From the NCBI GenBank assembly GCA_024137785.1, contig JAHRHZ010000066.1, positions 3,758,321-3,822,320 on the forward strand: DNA of 64,000 nucleotides, written 5' to 3'. The position numbers were made by a program, and so were the translations under genes. Below, piece by piece: positions 1 to 13,849 of the stretch. The stretch is from Ginglymostoma cirratum. Its lineage: Eukaryota. Below the pieces are notes generated by a model. It was given only the letters and a program-made list of their open reading frames with translations. It did no database searches and was not told the origin of the DNA. The stretch's first letter is position 1; every line of letters begins with the position of its first letter.

Positions 1-1133
1 TTCTGCTGCAGGTACAATAAAAATTGAAGTACCAAATTTCAAATTGAAGAACCACAGACTGAGGAGTATAAAAGGGTCATAAAACCTGTGGATCAAAGCT
101 TGCCCAGTTTTACGTCTGCTCAAACAAGAATTATGTTACCACCTCAAAACACAGGCAGGAATGTTTAGAAATCATGGGACCAAAACCATTCTCAGCAGAG
201 AATGTACTATAAACAGTGAACCACAGATGAAATTAGTTTCTCTGGAAAGTTTCCAGCAACTCTTGGCTTCTCAATTGCTGCTCTCCCCAAAATCACTTCC
301 ACTACTGCACACACATTTCCCAACATTCCACACTATTCCCACATGATCCCAATGCATTACAAAGCCAGAACCCCTTTCAAAAGGGCTTCTCTCAATTATC
401 GAATGCAACATTAAAGCGCATCCACTTCCTTGTAAAGCATCTCCTCCTGTGAGTGTCATGAGGGTAACTATGTAAAAGCCTTATATCTAAAAGTGTGTTT
501 GTCACATCTAAACAACATACATTATGTAAGATTGTTTGAATCCAATACAAAATACCCATCCAACCTTCTCCTGAATGAAATTTACAAACCATTTACAAGT
601 TAAAATCTCTAATTGACCTACATAATTTACAACACAGAAAAATGTCCTAGATCCCCACTGGGAGAATGAGAGCAATGGCCTTAAAAGAAAATCATGCAAG
701 AAGCTGAACCTCACAGTATGCTTGAGATCTCAGAGTGAATAATGGGAAATCTGCTAGTCTGTGTCACTTGCCCCAACAACAATGTAGATTTGGTGACATA
801 CATTATCCAAGAACCAATTAAGAAAAAAAATCTATTTCTGTCGTTAGCATGCTATCTCAAAACACATTTTGTGAAACACTTTCCAAATCAGCTGCAATCT
901 TTCCTTACTGATTACTGGTTAAAGGCTACATACAGTTTGTAACGAAAGAAAATCATGTGAAAACTGAATAAATTAGTGACTGACCACACTTCTCCAGTCC
1001 ACATGACCAACACCTGTGTGCAATGAACCATGCTGCAAACACCTCCCAAGGTTATAAATACAATCTACTCCTAATTTGCCATTTCCAATTCATCACCTTA
1101 CTTCACATGTTCTGAAACTGAATAGTGAGGAAT

Positions 1134-1306
1134 AACAAATGCTGGAGATCAGAGGGCCACACAGCATCCATGGAGAGAGAACAAGCCAACGTTGAGTCTA
1201 GATGACTCTTCAGAACCAGCTCTGATGAACAGTTATCTAGACTCAATGTTAGCTTGCTCCCTCTCCACGGATGGTGTCTGACCCACTGTGAATGCTAGCA
1301 TTTGTT
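1134..1306 (+). mobile_element. Palindromic Penelope-derived element with degenerate hammerhead core (family C)
   Basis: About 80-bp inverted arms around ACCAGC. CTGATGA at 1222-1228, stem II (G)AGT(C)ATCTAGACTC and stem I AGCT/AGCT are present; the GAAAC is damaged. Confidence 0.7.
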
Positions 1307-1560
1307 TGGGGGAGGGGTGTAGTCGCAGGGGGAGCCCACAGAACATGAACATAGCATTCCTTCAGAACCATTACCTTGCACAACATGACGCTTCAATTCT
1401 TTTCTTGAGCATCCCAAAAAATTTTAACATCCACACTGGATGTTGTGCCTTCAGTGGTTTGGCTCAATCTTCTCAAAATCCCCTCCTGAACCCTTCTACT
1501 TTCCTACTGCCATTAAGACTTTTTCAAAACTTACCTCTTGATCAAAGTTTTAGTCATCTT

Positions 1561-1940
1561 CACTCAGAGTCATCGAGATGTACAGCATTGAAACACACCC
1601 GTCGGTCCAACTCGTCCGCACTAATCAGATATCTTGAAGAAGTCTTGTCCCATTTGCCGGCATTTGGCCCATTTCCTCCTGAACCCTTCCTATTCATATA
1701 CCCATCCAGACGCCTTTTAAATGTTGCAATTGTATCAGCCTCCACCACTTTCTCTGGCAGCTCATTCCATACACGCACCACCCTCTGTGTGAAAAAGTTG
1801 CCCCTCAGGTCCCTTTTAAATCTTTCCCCTGTCGCCTTAAAATTATGCCCTCTAGTTTTGGACTCCCCCACCTTTGGAGAAAGACCTTGTTTATTTACCT
1901 ATTTATGTCCCTCATGATTATATAAACCCCTATGGTCACC
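1561..1940 (-). mobile_element. CR1/HER1-type LINE 3' fragment
   Basis: ORF 1560..1871 contains ESKTRGHNFKATGERFKRDLRGNFFTQRVVRVWNELPEKVVEA, the CR1 ORF2 C-terminus, followed by the 3' UTR. Confidence 0.9.
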
Positions 1941-4594
1941 CCTCACTCAGTGGCAACATGCAGTTTTACAATGTGTTTATTGTTGCAGCATGGCAGAGAT
2001 TCCAGACCACGCAGGCCTGTGTCTTTTTTACATGACATCACAACATGTGATTTTACTGCTGTAATGGTACTTGCTTTGCCTTCAGTCACTCTTTCTGTAT
2101 TGTGTGTTGTATAGTAACATTGGTAAGCACACAGCCCAAACTGCATGTGTAAATTTGTGATACTGTAGCCATGTAAATGGTGTTGCAAATGAACTTCAAA
2201 ATATCTGATTCAACAGAACCCAACAAAATCTGTGTTATAAATACCTAGGATGGTATGTATAGAAAAATACAAGTGGCCACATATTGTAATGGGGAACTAT
2301 GAATAGGGATGATAGAGGCTCCCACTTTCTTTCTATCACATGGATAACAAAGAAACTCTCCCACACACCCCGCCTGCCAACGACATGTTGGAAGAACCCA
2401 TGTGTTTATCCATCTTAGGAACTCATCTTCCTGAGCGTATACATCCTGGGGGTAGGAACTCAAAATGACTCAGAGACACGATGCTATCCCAAACCATGAC
2501 AGATCATCTCTTTATGAGGCTTGGTGCCAAATCACTGAGGCACATCATTAAGTTTTATTACAGTAAAGGCTATACTAATAAACACAAGTTGTTGCTTCAT
2601 TTCTTTTTTTAAATATTCACTTAGACACTCTCCTCTTCATTTTGTTGGTTTTCGCATTCTGACTGGTGTTTCTTCTCTGTTTGGCTTTATCCAGCTCAGT
2701 CTCCAGACCCCTCTCCTTTTCAAATGAACAGAATCATTGAAACAAACGTGAAACACTTTACTCCAGATCAAACTTGCTCTTGAGCAGAATGTGTTCTCCA
2801 GAGAAGCAACTTGTACCTTGCGCAGATGAAACAGATATTTACATTTAATCTTCATTCAGTTCAGACAGAATTACACAGGTGTATCGCTGATGACTGGCAA
2901 GTGCTGTTTTTGAAATACAATGCCTGTAGGTCATCATAGCATAATGACCAAAGTGGTCTAATTGCCTTCAACATGATGTGTTTTGTCATTTAGCTTCCAT
3001 ATTCAAACAGTTATTTGTTGCTCGCTGACAGAAATGCTGACATCCCCCAGTGATGGGACATGTAATAAGCAGCCTGCCACAAATTAAGTCACTGCATGGT
3101 GACCTCTGTCTTCACTGAACTACTCTGCCAGGTTTGGTGTCGACACAAAAAACTGAGTTGCTTAATTGGACAGTCTCCACATGGGCACAAGTGGTGGTGA
3201 AAACAGCTGGAATCTCTCCCCAACCCAAACGCCTACCAACACTACCATATCCCAATGTGCTGTCTCACGCAGCAAACAGTTTGCAAAGGGGTTTTTCCAT
3301 GTTTAGTTTTAATTTTGTCCTGTACGAGGCCAACCATATTTTCCGATGCCAGAATCTTTTTGAAACTCTCCAAATCAAATCTGATGTTGAATCGAGACAA
3401 TTTCGCTCCATCAGCTACATAGTCCAAAGTGGTGTCTATCAGAGAAGGCGCTAAACCGAGGATTCTCAGGTGGTCGGAAAGGATCCTGTGGCACTATTCT
3501 GAAGCACAGGAGAGTTACCTGTGGTACCCTGTACAATATTTAACCCTCAAAGAACATCACAAAAGCAGATTAACTGGTCATTATCATACTCCATTTGTGG
3601 AAACTTGCTGTACATTAGGGAACCATCATATATTCCTAAATTAGACAAGTGACTACACTCCAGCCAATAAATGTGCTTTAGGACATCCCAAGGTCATGAA
3701 AGGCTCTATATAAATGCAAGTCTTTGCTCTTTTTCCTGAAAGCTCCCTACCTCTCACAGAAAGCTTCTATTCTCTCTACCATCTCCATGTTGTACAATAC
3801 TGCAGCGACTTTTGTGTTACACAGTACTTACACAGAACAGGAACAAACCATTTGGTTTAACAGGTCTACGTAAGCATTTACACTTCACCTAAGTCTCTTC
3901 CACCCTACACTTCAGCTAACCCTTTAAACATATCGCTGTGCTCCTTTCTCCCATATGTGGCTAATTTCAAACAGCTATGCAGAATTAATTGCTTTAATGC
4001 AAAAGAAACAAATAAAACCCAGTAAACTGTAAACAGCCAACATCTATGATCACTGCATATTTCAAACTGACAAACTGCGAGGTATCCGTAAACACAGGAC
4101 ATCAACACAATGGTAAAAATGGTCATGTGGTGAAAATACCATTAAAAAACACTAGATGATTATCACGAGAATCAAACAATATGTCATTAAGTAAATGATG
4201 CTGTGTAATAAGAAGAACAGTTTTCACTTTTTAATTCAGAAAATATTGCAAGTTAAAAAAAAACTTGTAAATGTTGCTGGCTCCTCCATGTAATAATTAA
4301 TAATGGAAGGAGGAACATACAAGATGGGTGCCTGTTCGTTGGAGTCATAGTTCCCTATACTGAGCTTGTACATAGCAATACCTCATGGATGGGTTTTGTT
4401 ATTTCTCAGTTGGGTGGTTCATAATGTAGGACTATTCTTTCTCAAGAACAAACAGCTAAAGAAATGCCTCATGGAACTCTGGTATGAGCAGTAGCAGTGG
4501 CAAGTCTTTGAAGACTAGGTGCCAGTTTATGTTAATGTGTCTACAGTCTTCTTTCCGAGTGAGAAGGCTGTGGATTCTAAATCCTACCTCAATC

Positions 4595-6068
4595 CTACAA
4601 AACTCAGAGTGGGTGACTTTACCTCTAAGCCTTTGGAATCACAACAATTTGGTCTGATGTCCATGTTCGTATTGTTGAAGCAAGTGACTAGATCTTCAGA
4701 ATTTTTCCTTTGTAGATGTACATCGATATCTGTGCTTACTTCCAGGCTCTAAACCACTGTCCTTAGGAAGATATGAAAAGCAACAGTAAAATACATTAAA
4801 GGTGCTATATAAATATAATAAAACATCCTGAGTTCCTTCAGAGCAGCATTATAAAACAAACTGTTATACCAAGTCACATGACAGATCATCGGTTAGATAG
4901 GCCAAAGAGGTCGGTCTAAAAAAAATGTCTTTACTGGGGAAAGCATAGTAGAGAGATTTTACATGGTGGATATTTCAGAACAAGACAGCTGTGAAGACAC
5001 AGCTACTGATGGTGATACAATTAAAATTGAAAACGCTCGTAGGCCATATTTAGAAGAGCATAGGTTTCTCAGAGGTTTGGTCCAGCTATAGGAAATTAGA
5101 GAGGTACGAGACCATGGAGGGCTTCAGAAACAAGCATGAGAATTTAAAAAAACAAAGCTCCGCCTGATCAGGGGTCAGTATCAGTCAGCAAATACAGAGG
5201 TCATAGGAGAATGAGGCAAACTTGCACAGTAGTTCTCCATGTTCTCAATAGTTCACTGTTTTTACAACAAATGAATTACTTTTGAATTACACTGCTGCAC
5301 TGCAGGCCTCAATTGGCAACCACCTTTTTCACACAGCAAGTTCAAAAACTAGTAAATGAGGAAGGGACCGGATGGATTTTGTCTTTGTTGATGTTGGCTG
5401 AGGAAGAAACTTTGACTAGAATGTGGGGATCTTAAACCTTGGCATAACATCTCCTCCGAAAGATGGCACCTCCAATGACCAAGCACTGTCTCAAACATCA
5501 GATTTCATCGTGCGCCGCATGATACCTCTCTTACATCATACCTCTCTAATTTCCTATAGCTGGACCAAACCTCTGAGAAACCTATGCTCTTCTAAATATG
5601 GCCTACGAGCGTTTTCAATTTTAATTGTATCACCATCAGTAGCTGTGTCTTCACAGCTGCCTTGTTCTGAAATATCCACCATGTAAAATCTCTCTACTGC
5701 GCTTTCCCCTGTAAAGACATTTTTTTTTAGACCTCCCTCTTTGGCCTATCTAACCGATGATCTGTCATGTGACTTGGTATAACAGTTTGTTTTATAATGC
5801 TGCTCTGAAGGAACTCAGGATGTTTTATTATATTTATATAGCACCTTTAATGTATTTTACTATTGCTTTTCATATCTTCCTAAGGACAGCGGTTTAGAGC
5901 CTGGAAGTAAGCACAGATATCGATGTACATCTACAAAGGAAAAGTTCTGAAGATCTAGTCACTTGCTTCAACAATGTGAACATGGACATCAGATTCCAAA
6001 GACATCCAGATTCCATTGTTGTGATTCCAAAGGCTTAGAAGTAAAGTCAACTACTCTGAGTTTTGTAG
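4595..6068. repeat. Large inverted duplication: arms 4595-5106 and 5539-6068, spacer 432 bp
   Basis: The right arm is the reverse complement of the left, with about 15 differences by eye plus one ~18-nt insertion. Confidence 0.95.
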
Positions 6069-6204
6069 CCCAGGAGGGAGAGAATCTTCACTTTGCTGGC
6101 CTATACGGTGAGGACAGAGGATGCACCACTGTTTGGCAAGACCAGACTCTGGTTCTGAAAGGCAAAACCATTAAGGTTCCCCATTTTAGATCAACATGCA
6201 ACTA

Positions 6205-6362
6205 ATAAAGGAAAGTATCATGGACACTGGAGATCTAAAATAGAGGCAAAGTGCTGGAGAAACTCAGCAGGTTTGGTGGTATTGATGGAGAAAGAAAGAA
6301 AGAGTTAACGTTTCAAGTCCAGATCTGCTTGAGTTTCTCCAGTACTTTGTTTTTATTTCAGT
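6205..6362. mobile_element. Old palindromic Penelope-derived element (family B), internally deleted
   Basis: aaagtgctggagaaactcagcag ... ctgcttgagtttctccagtactttg inverted arms; gagttaacgtttc is the antisense of GAAACGTTAACTC. Confidence 0.6.
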
Positions 6363-6569
6363 AGGCAGCTGCCACCGCTGAAGTGCATATTTCATGAGGG
6401 ACAGGGTCTACTCTCGTTAACTGCCATTGGCAGTTTCTAACTGTGGGAGAAAACCAATCAGGTCCACTAGTGACTCAGTTTGTTGCTCTAGATCCACTTG
6501 AGGATTCAGAGAAAATGCTCTGCCTAGAAACTGGTTGGAATGTGGAATTCAAGAAACAAAGGAATAAAA

Positions 6570-7355
6570 GATTATTTTGACAGGGTTAGATAAAGAAAGA
6601 TGGAAGAGGGCTACATGGAACACAAACACCAACATGGTCACGTTGGACTGAATGGCCTGTTTCTGGCTGCACATTTCACTTAAACATCGAGCTTTCCGCA
6701 CGAATAAAATAATCAAGGAGGCTAATAGAGTGCTCGTCTTCATATCTAAAGAGCTGGAATATGGGGATGCAGACGCTATGCTGCAGTTATACCAAACCCT
6801 AGTGACACGCCACTTAGAATATTGTGAGCAGACCTGGGCACCACACCTGAAGGGGGATGTTTTGGCCCTGGAGGGAGTTCAACACAGGTTTAGGAGGACG
6901 ACACCTGGACTTCAAGGGTTTAGTTATGAGGCAAAATTAGACAAATTAGGCCATTTTTTTAATCAGAATTTAGAAGGTTAAGGGGTGATCCAATCGAGTT
7001 CTTCGGGATATTAACAGAGAAAGACAGGATAGATAAAGATAAACTGTTTCCACTGGTTGAAGATTCTAGAACCAGGTGACAGATTCTAAGATATAGGGCC
7101 AGGCCATTCAGGAGAGATGTTAGAAAGCAGTTGTTCATGCAAAAAGTGTAGGTGGTTTGGGACTCTCTCCCTCAAAACAGGGGTCAATGCTAATCCATTT
7201 GTTAAATTTAAATCTAAGATGGGCGAAACTTTTTTTACTAAGCAAGGGATCAAAGGACATGGGTCTAAGGCAGGCATTTGGAGTTGGGCTACAGATCAAC
7301 CATGATCTGAACGAGTGGCGGAGCAGGCTCGAGGGGCTGAATGGCCTGGTCCTAT
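6570..7355 (+). mobile_element. CR1 LINE 3' portion (end of RT plus 3' UTR), preceded by a short extra 3' fragment
   Basis: ORF 6652..6981 contains KEANRVLVFISKELEY...LYQTLVTRHLEYCEQTWAPHLKGDVLALEGVQHRF; the tail gggctgaatggcct is present. Confidence 0.9.
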
Positions 7356-7853
7356 GTTACCAAGAACAGCCTATTGAGCAAAATTGCAGTAGAGAATTAC
7401 AAATACAGAATGAGACCAAGCAAGTGAGAGAACATAAAGCAAATAAATACTAGAATCAGTCATCACACTTGTAGATCAGTACGTCGCATTTAGAAGTGAG
7501 GCTGTTAGGTTAAACCGTTGCAGACAATAATATATTCCAGGGCTTAAAGTGGCAAGTGTAGGAAGTGTTTATTCAACAAAGACACAAATGGTTATAAACT
7601 GCAGTTCTCAGCACTACTATACTATACATATACATCTACACACATATAGAGAGGGGAATATGAATGTATATTCACTGCACTGGGAGTCGATTTTCGTACA
7701 ATTTAGGAGTACTTGAACATTATCATAATACAAACATTTCACTTAAACCCGCATAGACTTTACCAATTTACCGCGGCGTAATCTTGACTGATGCACATTC
7801 AAGTGCACCTGTAGTGCTCATTATAAATGAAGCGTCCCCTGCAGCCTTAAAGG

Positions 7854-7887
7854 ACCCCTGTCGTCAAGGTAACAGACTCTTGCCAGG
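7854..7887 (+). repeat. 34-bp exact direct repeat, copy 1 (copy 2 at 9217-9250)
   Basis: acccctgtcgtcaaggtaacagactcttgccagg is identical at both positions. Confidence 0.95.
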
Positions 7888-8139
7888 TAGAGAAATATGA
7901 TGATATGACAAAGCTGATCACACTATACTGCCTATTCATTTTGTTCACCACATTAAAAAAAAGGACTTCTTTAATAAAAAGTTTACAGCACAGCAGATTG
8001 ATAATGTTTAAACTGACCTTCCAAGGTTTCAGCAGGGCCTTGTAAGACAACATTGTTTCACGTTAGTGTGCAATGACTGTTATATCACAAGTTGAATCAG
8101 AAAATGTGTGTTTTTCTTCGCACTGTCTAGAATGAAAAC

Positions 8140-8480
8140 TAGAAAAAGCAGAATAATTCTCAAATGGTGGGAGACTGGTATTCATAGGGATCTGAGTGTC
8201 ACATGAATCACAGAGAATTAACACATAGGGAAAGTAAGCGATTAGGAAATTAAGTGGCACGTTCGTACTTGTTAGAAAGAATTGGACTAGAAGAGTGAAA
8301 TTAAGACCTTGGTGAGACCACACCGGAAGTATCTACACTGTTTTGATCTCTTACACAAGGATTTATTTACTTGTGTGGGAGGCAGCATGATGAAGGGTTA
8401 CTGGGCTGCTTCCTGGGATTAGGAAACAGTCCATTGTGGATAAATAGAGTGGACCAGGCATTTATTCCCTAGAATCTAGA
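8140..8480 (+). mobile_element. Old CR1 fragment
   Basis: gggatctgagtgtc...atgaatcacag and ttggtgagaccacac are degenerate CR1 ORF2 motifs. Confidence 0.6.
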
Positions 8481-9216
8481 ACTGACTGAAGGAGCCGCTT
8501 AACTGGCCAATGAATGCCAACCTTGCCATCCTGCCCATGATAGAGGATTAAGGTCGGTCAGACAGAGTCCAGGCATATACTTTTCTCGTGAGTTTCATTC
8601 CTACTAGCACATCATTAAATTCCAACAGCGCTGTTCACCCCATGTATGTTTACACTCCATTATCACCTAATTATCCCTCAATTAACATATAACCATCCTC
8701 CTTCCCTAGTCCCATTTGGTCTCAGGCAGCCCTGCCAGACAAAACGAGACAGTGACAACCCACACCTCATGGACTAATGTTTTCTAAAAATACATCCAGT
8801 CCTCATCAGCTGTGCTTACAAGAACAAGGATACATTAAAAACAGAGTATTAACCACAAGCCCACTTCTCCTGACATCATAGAAAAGGATAAATCGAAAGG
8901 CAACTATAAATTATGTCGTCCTTTGGGGCTACCTATAACAGTCAGATGTTTAAGTTGCACAATTCTGAAAGTTTACACAGAACAAATTACACAGCAGCCT
9001 GCAGCATTTCACAGTTTTCTGGATGTTGAGTCAGCATAATAGGTCACAACAAGCTGTACATTGAGTATAATAATATTGGCCGAGTAAGTAATCCTCAGGT
9101 AGAGTGTTAGAACAGGATGTCACTGCACAAGCAGGGCAGACCAAACTGAATCTCAGCAGAAAGTACTACTTTTGATCTTTGAAGTCCCTGCACATGCTGC
9201 AAAGTGTGAAAGTCTA

Positions 9217-9250
9217 ACCCCTGTCGTCAAGGTAACAGACTCTTGCCAGG
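9217..9250 (+). repeat. 34-bp exact direct repeat, copy 2
   Basis: Identical to 7854-7887. Confidence 0.95.
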
Positions 9251-10799
9251 AATGTATCGGTTGCAAAGGCCTACAAAGTAGAGATTAAATTAGTAACAGT
9301 GACGAATGCAGATAACTTCTGAAAATTCTGCTTCTTTGAAGGCAGACTGGCTCATTTTTTGTTGGGTCGCTACCTACATTAAATTGGATGAAAAGAACCA
9401 AGTAAAACTTTTATGCAAGTATTATAGCCAGCCTTACACCTTAATCTTTCATTACAATAACAACATGATTACATTCTTGTAATGAGGCTGGGTATGTTCA
9501 ATATCACTCTGCAATGTTGACTTGATAACGGTGCTTGTTTACCTTCAGGAGATTACTGAAAAACTACTGGATGAATATTTTACAAACATGCACCCACATC
9601 CCTTAACTATCATTTTTTACTTGGAATGTCCTTGGAAAAGCAGAAGCATTGTTCAAGATCCACTGTACAGTTACAACCTACAGACAACCACTACCTATTG
9701 TGTCGAATTCAACGTTTTGCAGCTTAACAGTCAACAATGTCTGACTGCTCAGATATTTACATTTCAAATGCCCTAACGTGCAGATAAAAATGCTTGAAGA
9801 GTACAATTCTTCCGTATATGTCTCACAGTTAAAAAAAAATTTTATCAATCTAGATTTGCATAGGTTCATGCCTAGCATTAAAATCAGCAGATGTTGGAAT
9901 GCCAAAAGATTAGGCAGGCTGATTCTTCCCACCCCCACCTGACCTCATCAGTGTCAGCCCCAGACGCAGAACATGACCTTGGATGACCTTAGTAGAGTGC
10001 TGCCCTTCTCATGGCTCTCGGGCTATTTTACATTCTCAATGCACACAAAAGGGAGCTGAAGAAAAGCTCAAAGCGAAAAATGACAAATGCCACAGAGGTT
10101 ATATTGTTGATTGCTGCCAGGACAGAGAGAAAACGTAAAGCATATGCACATCTAGAAATCTTTGAACTCCATAAATAGGGAAGATAAATTTGTGGGCATT
10201 CCTCCACAGATAATAAAGTTTACACTACCATTGAGTGCACACAGTGGCTTAAAGGATTAGCCTTGTAACACTTAGCTAAATGATTAGAAAAAGTGATAAC
10301 GCGTGCTCGCCTTAATTAAGGCACTGGTCAGACAATAGCACAACACTATTTCCTTGATGCATACTGATGTCAAACTCAGTATTGGTGGACATCCAGAATC
10401 ACAGGAGTTAATGTACCTCTGATTATCCAGCCTGGGTTCTTAGCATCATCCAAATGTGAGTTTAATTAGAATTAGAATTAGATTTTCTTGTCATGTGTGC
10501 TCAAGTACAGGAATACTGGCGTGCAATGCAAATTGTACAAAGTTGCCATTTTCTGTCACCAATGCCTCGCTAAAGCAAAAGAATTTAAAGAAAAGGGGAA
10601 GAAAAAAGAAAATGCTAAAGCAAAAAGAAAGAAACAAAGAAAAAAAAAGCAGATGGAAGCCAACAAGCTCGGGAGCTCAAACGCAGTGCTGCTACTCCAC
10701 CGATGTCTTAGTATATAATTGGAATGTGTTTGGTGGAAATTAAACAACAATATCAATTGTCAATGGTTTCATAGTTGCGCAGTCCCACAGTGGGAAAGG

Positions 10800-11990
10800 C
10801 TGAACTACCTTGGCCTCAATAATTCTTGTGAATGCATCTAAAATCAGACTCTAAAGGTTTTCAGTAAATTTCTTGGGCCAAAATTTCCTTCATTCTTTAG
10901 GTATAAATGGAAGCCCCATGCATTATTGTCATAACACTACCATTGGGAATTAAAGGAATTGTGATGAGCACTGACAAGAAGTCTGACTACGTAAAATACT
11001 TTCTTTGACACAACACTGAGGGAAGCAGCATGTAAGAATTTTTGTCGCGTCATGTCTCATTGCCAAAGCCCCGCAGCTACTTAGAGGATCTCCGAGTGTC
11101 TGCACAGCAGCAGGAAAACCTGTAGGGAATGTTCCTTACAGCCAGCATGCATACTTTTAAGGGGCATGTTCACAATGCCGACATCGTATAAGAGCATATG
11201 ACCTAATGGTATAAAAACCTCAGTCTCCATCTAACTTAGACCACTTGTAGCATGACATACCTAGGGGAAGCATGCTGCAGTTTATAAATCACAGCGTTCA
11301 GCCTTAGCCCAGAAACATACATGCCTGTGACTATAATACATGTACATATCAGGAGCTACAAGAAAACACTACCAAATTCTTCACCCGCATATTGTTCTTA
11401 AGTTGTGGGTGCTAACACAAGTATCATTTCATAAGGTTCAAGTACCCTGGAGGTTAAAAAGCATATCAAGGCATCTCTTGGAGCTTGCAAAAGGGGCACA
11501 AAGATCTGGGTTAACAGCAGTGGCCATTTGTAAAGAAGTGAATCCAAGATACCATGTATCGCGTCAATCTTATGTCTCTCACTGAACTCATGATCATGAA
11601 TTATAAAGTACTCACAAAAACATGAATGGTATGAATCAAGAAATCTTTCAAGAGCTTTAGGGAGATGATGTATCTGTTTGTATTTAAAGTCCACAGATAT
11701 AACCATTTCCACAATAAAAGGCAGTGGCATTAATCCCAAAGCTAACAATCAGAAGGGCACCAACAATAATTTAATCAACTCATACAGAATAAAACCCAAT
11801 ATCCAGATACATTGCATTTACACATATCAAAAGTTGAAGAACTATAAAGAGACACAATTGCCTATATCTATAAAACTCATCAAGGAATGGAATAGTACCT
11901 GATGACTCTACCCTACACTTAAAAGGGAACTGAATCAAGTCCAAAGAACTATAGTTTAACAATCGTGGCAGTACAGACAAAATATATCAA
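10800..11990 (+). mobile_element. Heavily degraded non-LTR retrotransposon (CR1/L2-clade) remnant
   Basis: Ends in ...SIKLIKEWNS, resembling the F.P.TI.EWN.L C-terminal motif of CR1/L2-clade ORF2. Many stops. Confidence 0.4.
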
Positions 11991-12039
11991 AGATGTAACA
12001 GAAAGCCAAAAACAGGATGAAGAAGTCACTATGGTTTTT

Positions 12040-12990
12040 GAGGTTACATTTCCCCATTCTTATCGATTTCTTCGAAGAAATTACCAAGAGATTTTACAAG
12101 GGTTATACTACGGGTGCAATATCTTTGAATTTTCATGAGAACTTCAAATAAGATACCACTGTAGACTCATAATTAATGTCATGTGGAGTCAGGGGATAAG
12201 TAACAAAAATGGACATCATGCCGGCTACTAAATGGTAAAAAATCAGTAAGAGATCCACAGGTATCTGAACCACAATCGTTCACAGAAAAGATCTGGACTC
12301 AAGAATTAGATATTGAATTCCAAAGTTTGTAGATGACACCAATTTGGGAAAGACAGATGTGGTATAATTGAGGAAGAACATGACAAAATATAACGCAGCA
12401 ATAAAATTGTAGAATAGATTTCCAAGGAGCAAACATACACAAATCACTAAACATAGCAACTGAAAGCCATTAAAAAAGCAAACCAAACAGTGGATTTCTT
12501 TTCTAGAGAAAGCAACTACAAAAGCAGGAAAGTTATGCTAAGTTTGTACAAGCATTAATCTGACCACAATCGAGTATTATGTTGAGTTCAGGACTCCATT
12601 CTATAACCTGGACGTAAAAACACTGGAGAAGGTGCACAGAATACTCCCAATGATGAAAGCTAAGTGGATATACTTATCGAAAAAGGGCGAACAGGTTGAG
12701 ACTTTCCTGCAGAAAAATGCTATGGGGTGCCTCATACAGGTCTATAAGACCGTGGGAGGGTTTAGCACATTAGGCATTACCACATGTGAAAAAGTCCAAA
12801 CCAAAGATCAGAAATACAAGATAATTACTAATACAGCAAATCAGGGATTCAGGAGAAACTTCTTTACCCAAAGAATGATAAGAATGTGGCCATATTAACA
12901 TATATAGATGCATTTCAGGGGGTGCCATCTAAGGATGAGGGAGAAAGGAATAGAATGATACGCTAACAGGATTAGAGCAGGGCCAGACAG
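12040..12990 (+). mobile_element. Old CR1 LINE RT fragment
   Basis: gatttcttcgaagaaattacc (DFFEEIT), tccaaagtttgtagatgacacc (KFVDDT, the RT catalytic motif) and FRRNFFTQRMIRMW. Confidence 0.8.
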
Positions 12991-13849
12991 GCATAAATAC
13001 GTACTTACAAGCTGATCTATCCTTGAATCTTCAGTATCTCTCCACCATCATCCAGTTTGGTGGGATTGTACTTGCCCAGTCCCATTCTTACATATCTAAT
13101 CAAAGCTAGACAATCACCACCTATTGTTTTCTTCCCATTCCTGCACAGTTACTTTTAGCATTCTGTGCTTGACTCCCCTCCTAATTCTTACATAATGTTG
13201 CCTAAACTCTTCTGCTGCTGAAATCCTCATGCATACTCTAGTTGCTCACATACTTCACAGTCCTAAAGTAAGACTCTCTCATTCTACTGTCTGAAATTGA
13301 TGTTATCCAAAACTCTACTGACTGCGTTCTAACTCATAGTGAGCTCCATTCAATGAGCACCCCTGAACTCGCATGTGCTACATACATTGGCTCCTCAATT
13401 AAGCAGCACTTCAAAATTTAAATGCAAGTTGTTGTTGATTGGCCTGTTTCATTGGAACAGATTCTACATAACCCCATTAACTTGAATTAAAATGGTAAAC
13501 CGAATAGAATTTACTGGTGATAAAAATCTAGATAGGATTTATCGATTCTCAATTCCTGGATTCCAGAAAGCATTAACCCGTTTTCGAATTGTAGTGCAGA
13601 TGTGTTGCTCATTCCAGAAAGTACAGAAAACTGAAAAACAATCACACAGTGCAGGTCTTGCGAACACATTGCTCCCCTTGTAACCCACATTTCAGCAGGT
13701 GTCCTCGAGTCTCCTTCCCTAAAATTTACATGGCCGGAGGATAATGGGCATAGCACAAAGACATCAATGCTGAAAAGGTTAAACATTAACAAACAGTATA
13801 TTAATTCCCCTTCAGCCACTGTAACACCCAACGGTATTATGATCAAAAA

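Noticed and set aside
1288-1917. Longest ORF in the window (209 aa, + strand)
   Set aside because: It is the antisense reading of a CR1 3' end fused to another repeat remnant and starts at GTG. Not a gene.
10456-10756. Lys-rich ORFs and (TTAGAA)3 resembling a telomeric seed
   Set aside because: The ORFs come from an A-rich tract. The hexamer is not TTAGGG and looks like a retroelement tail.
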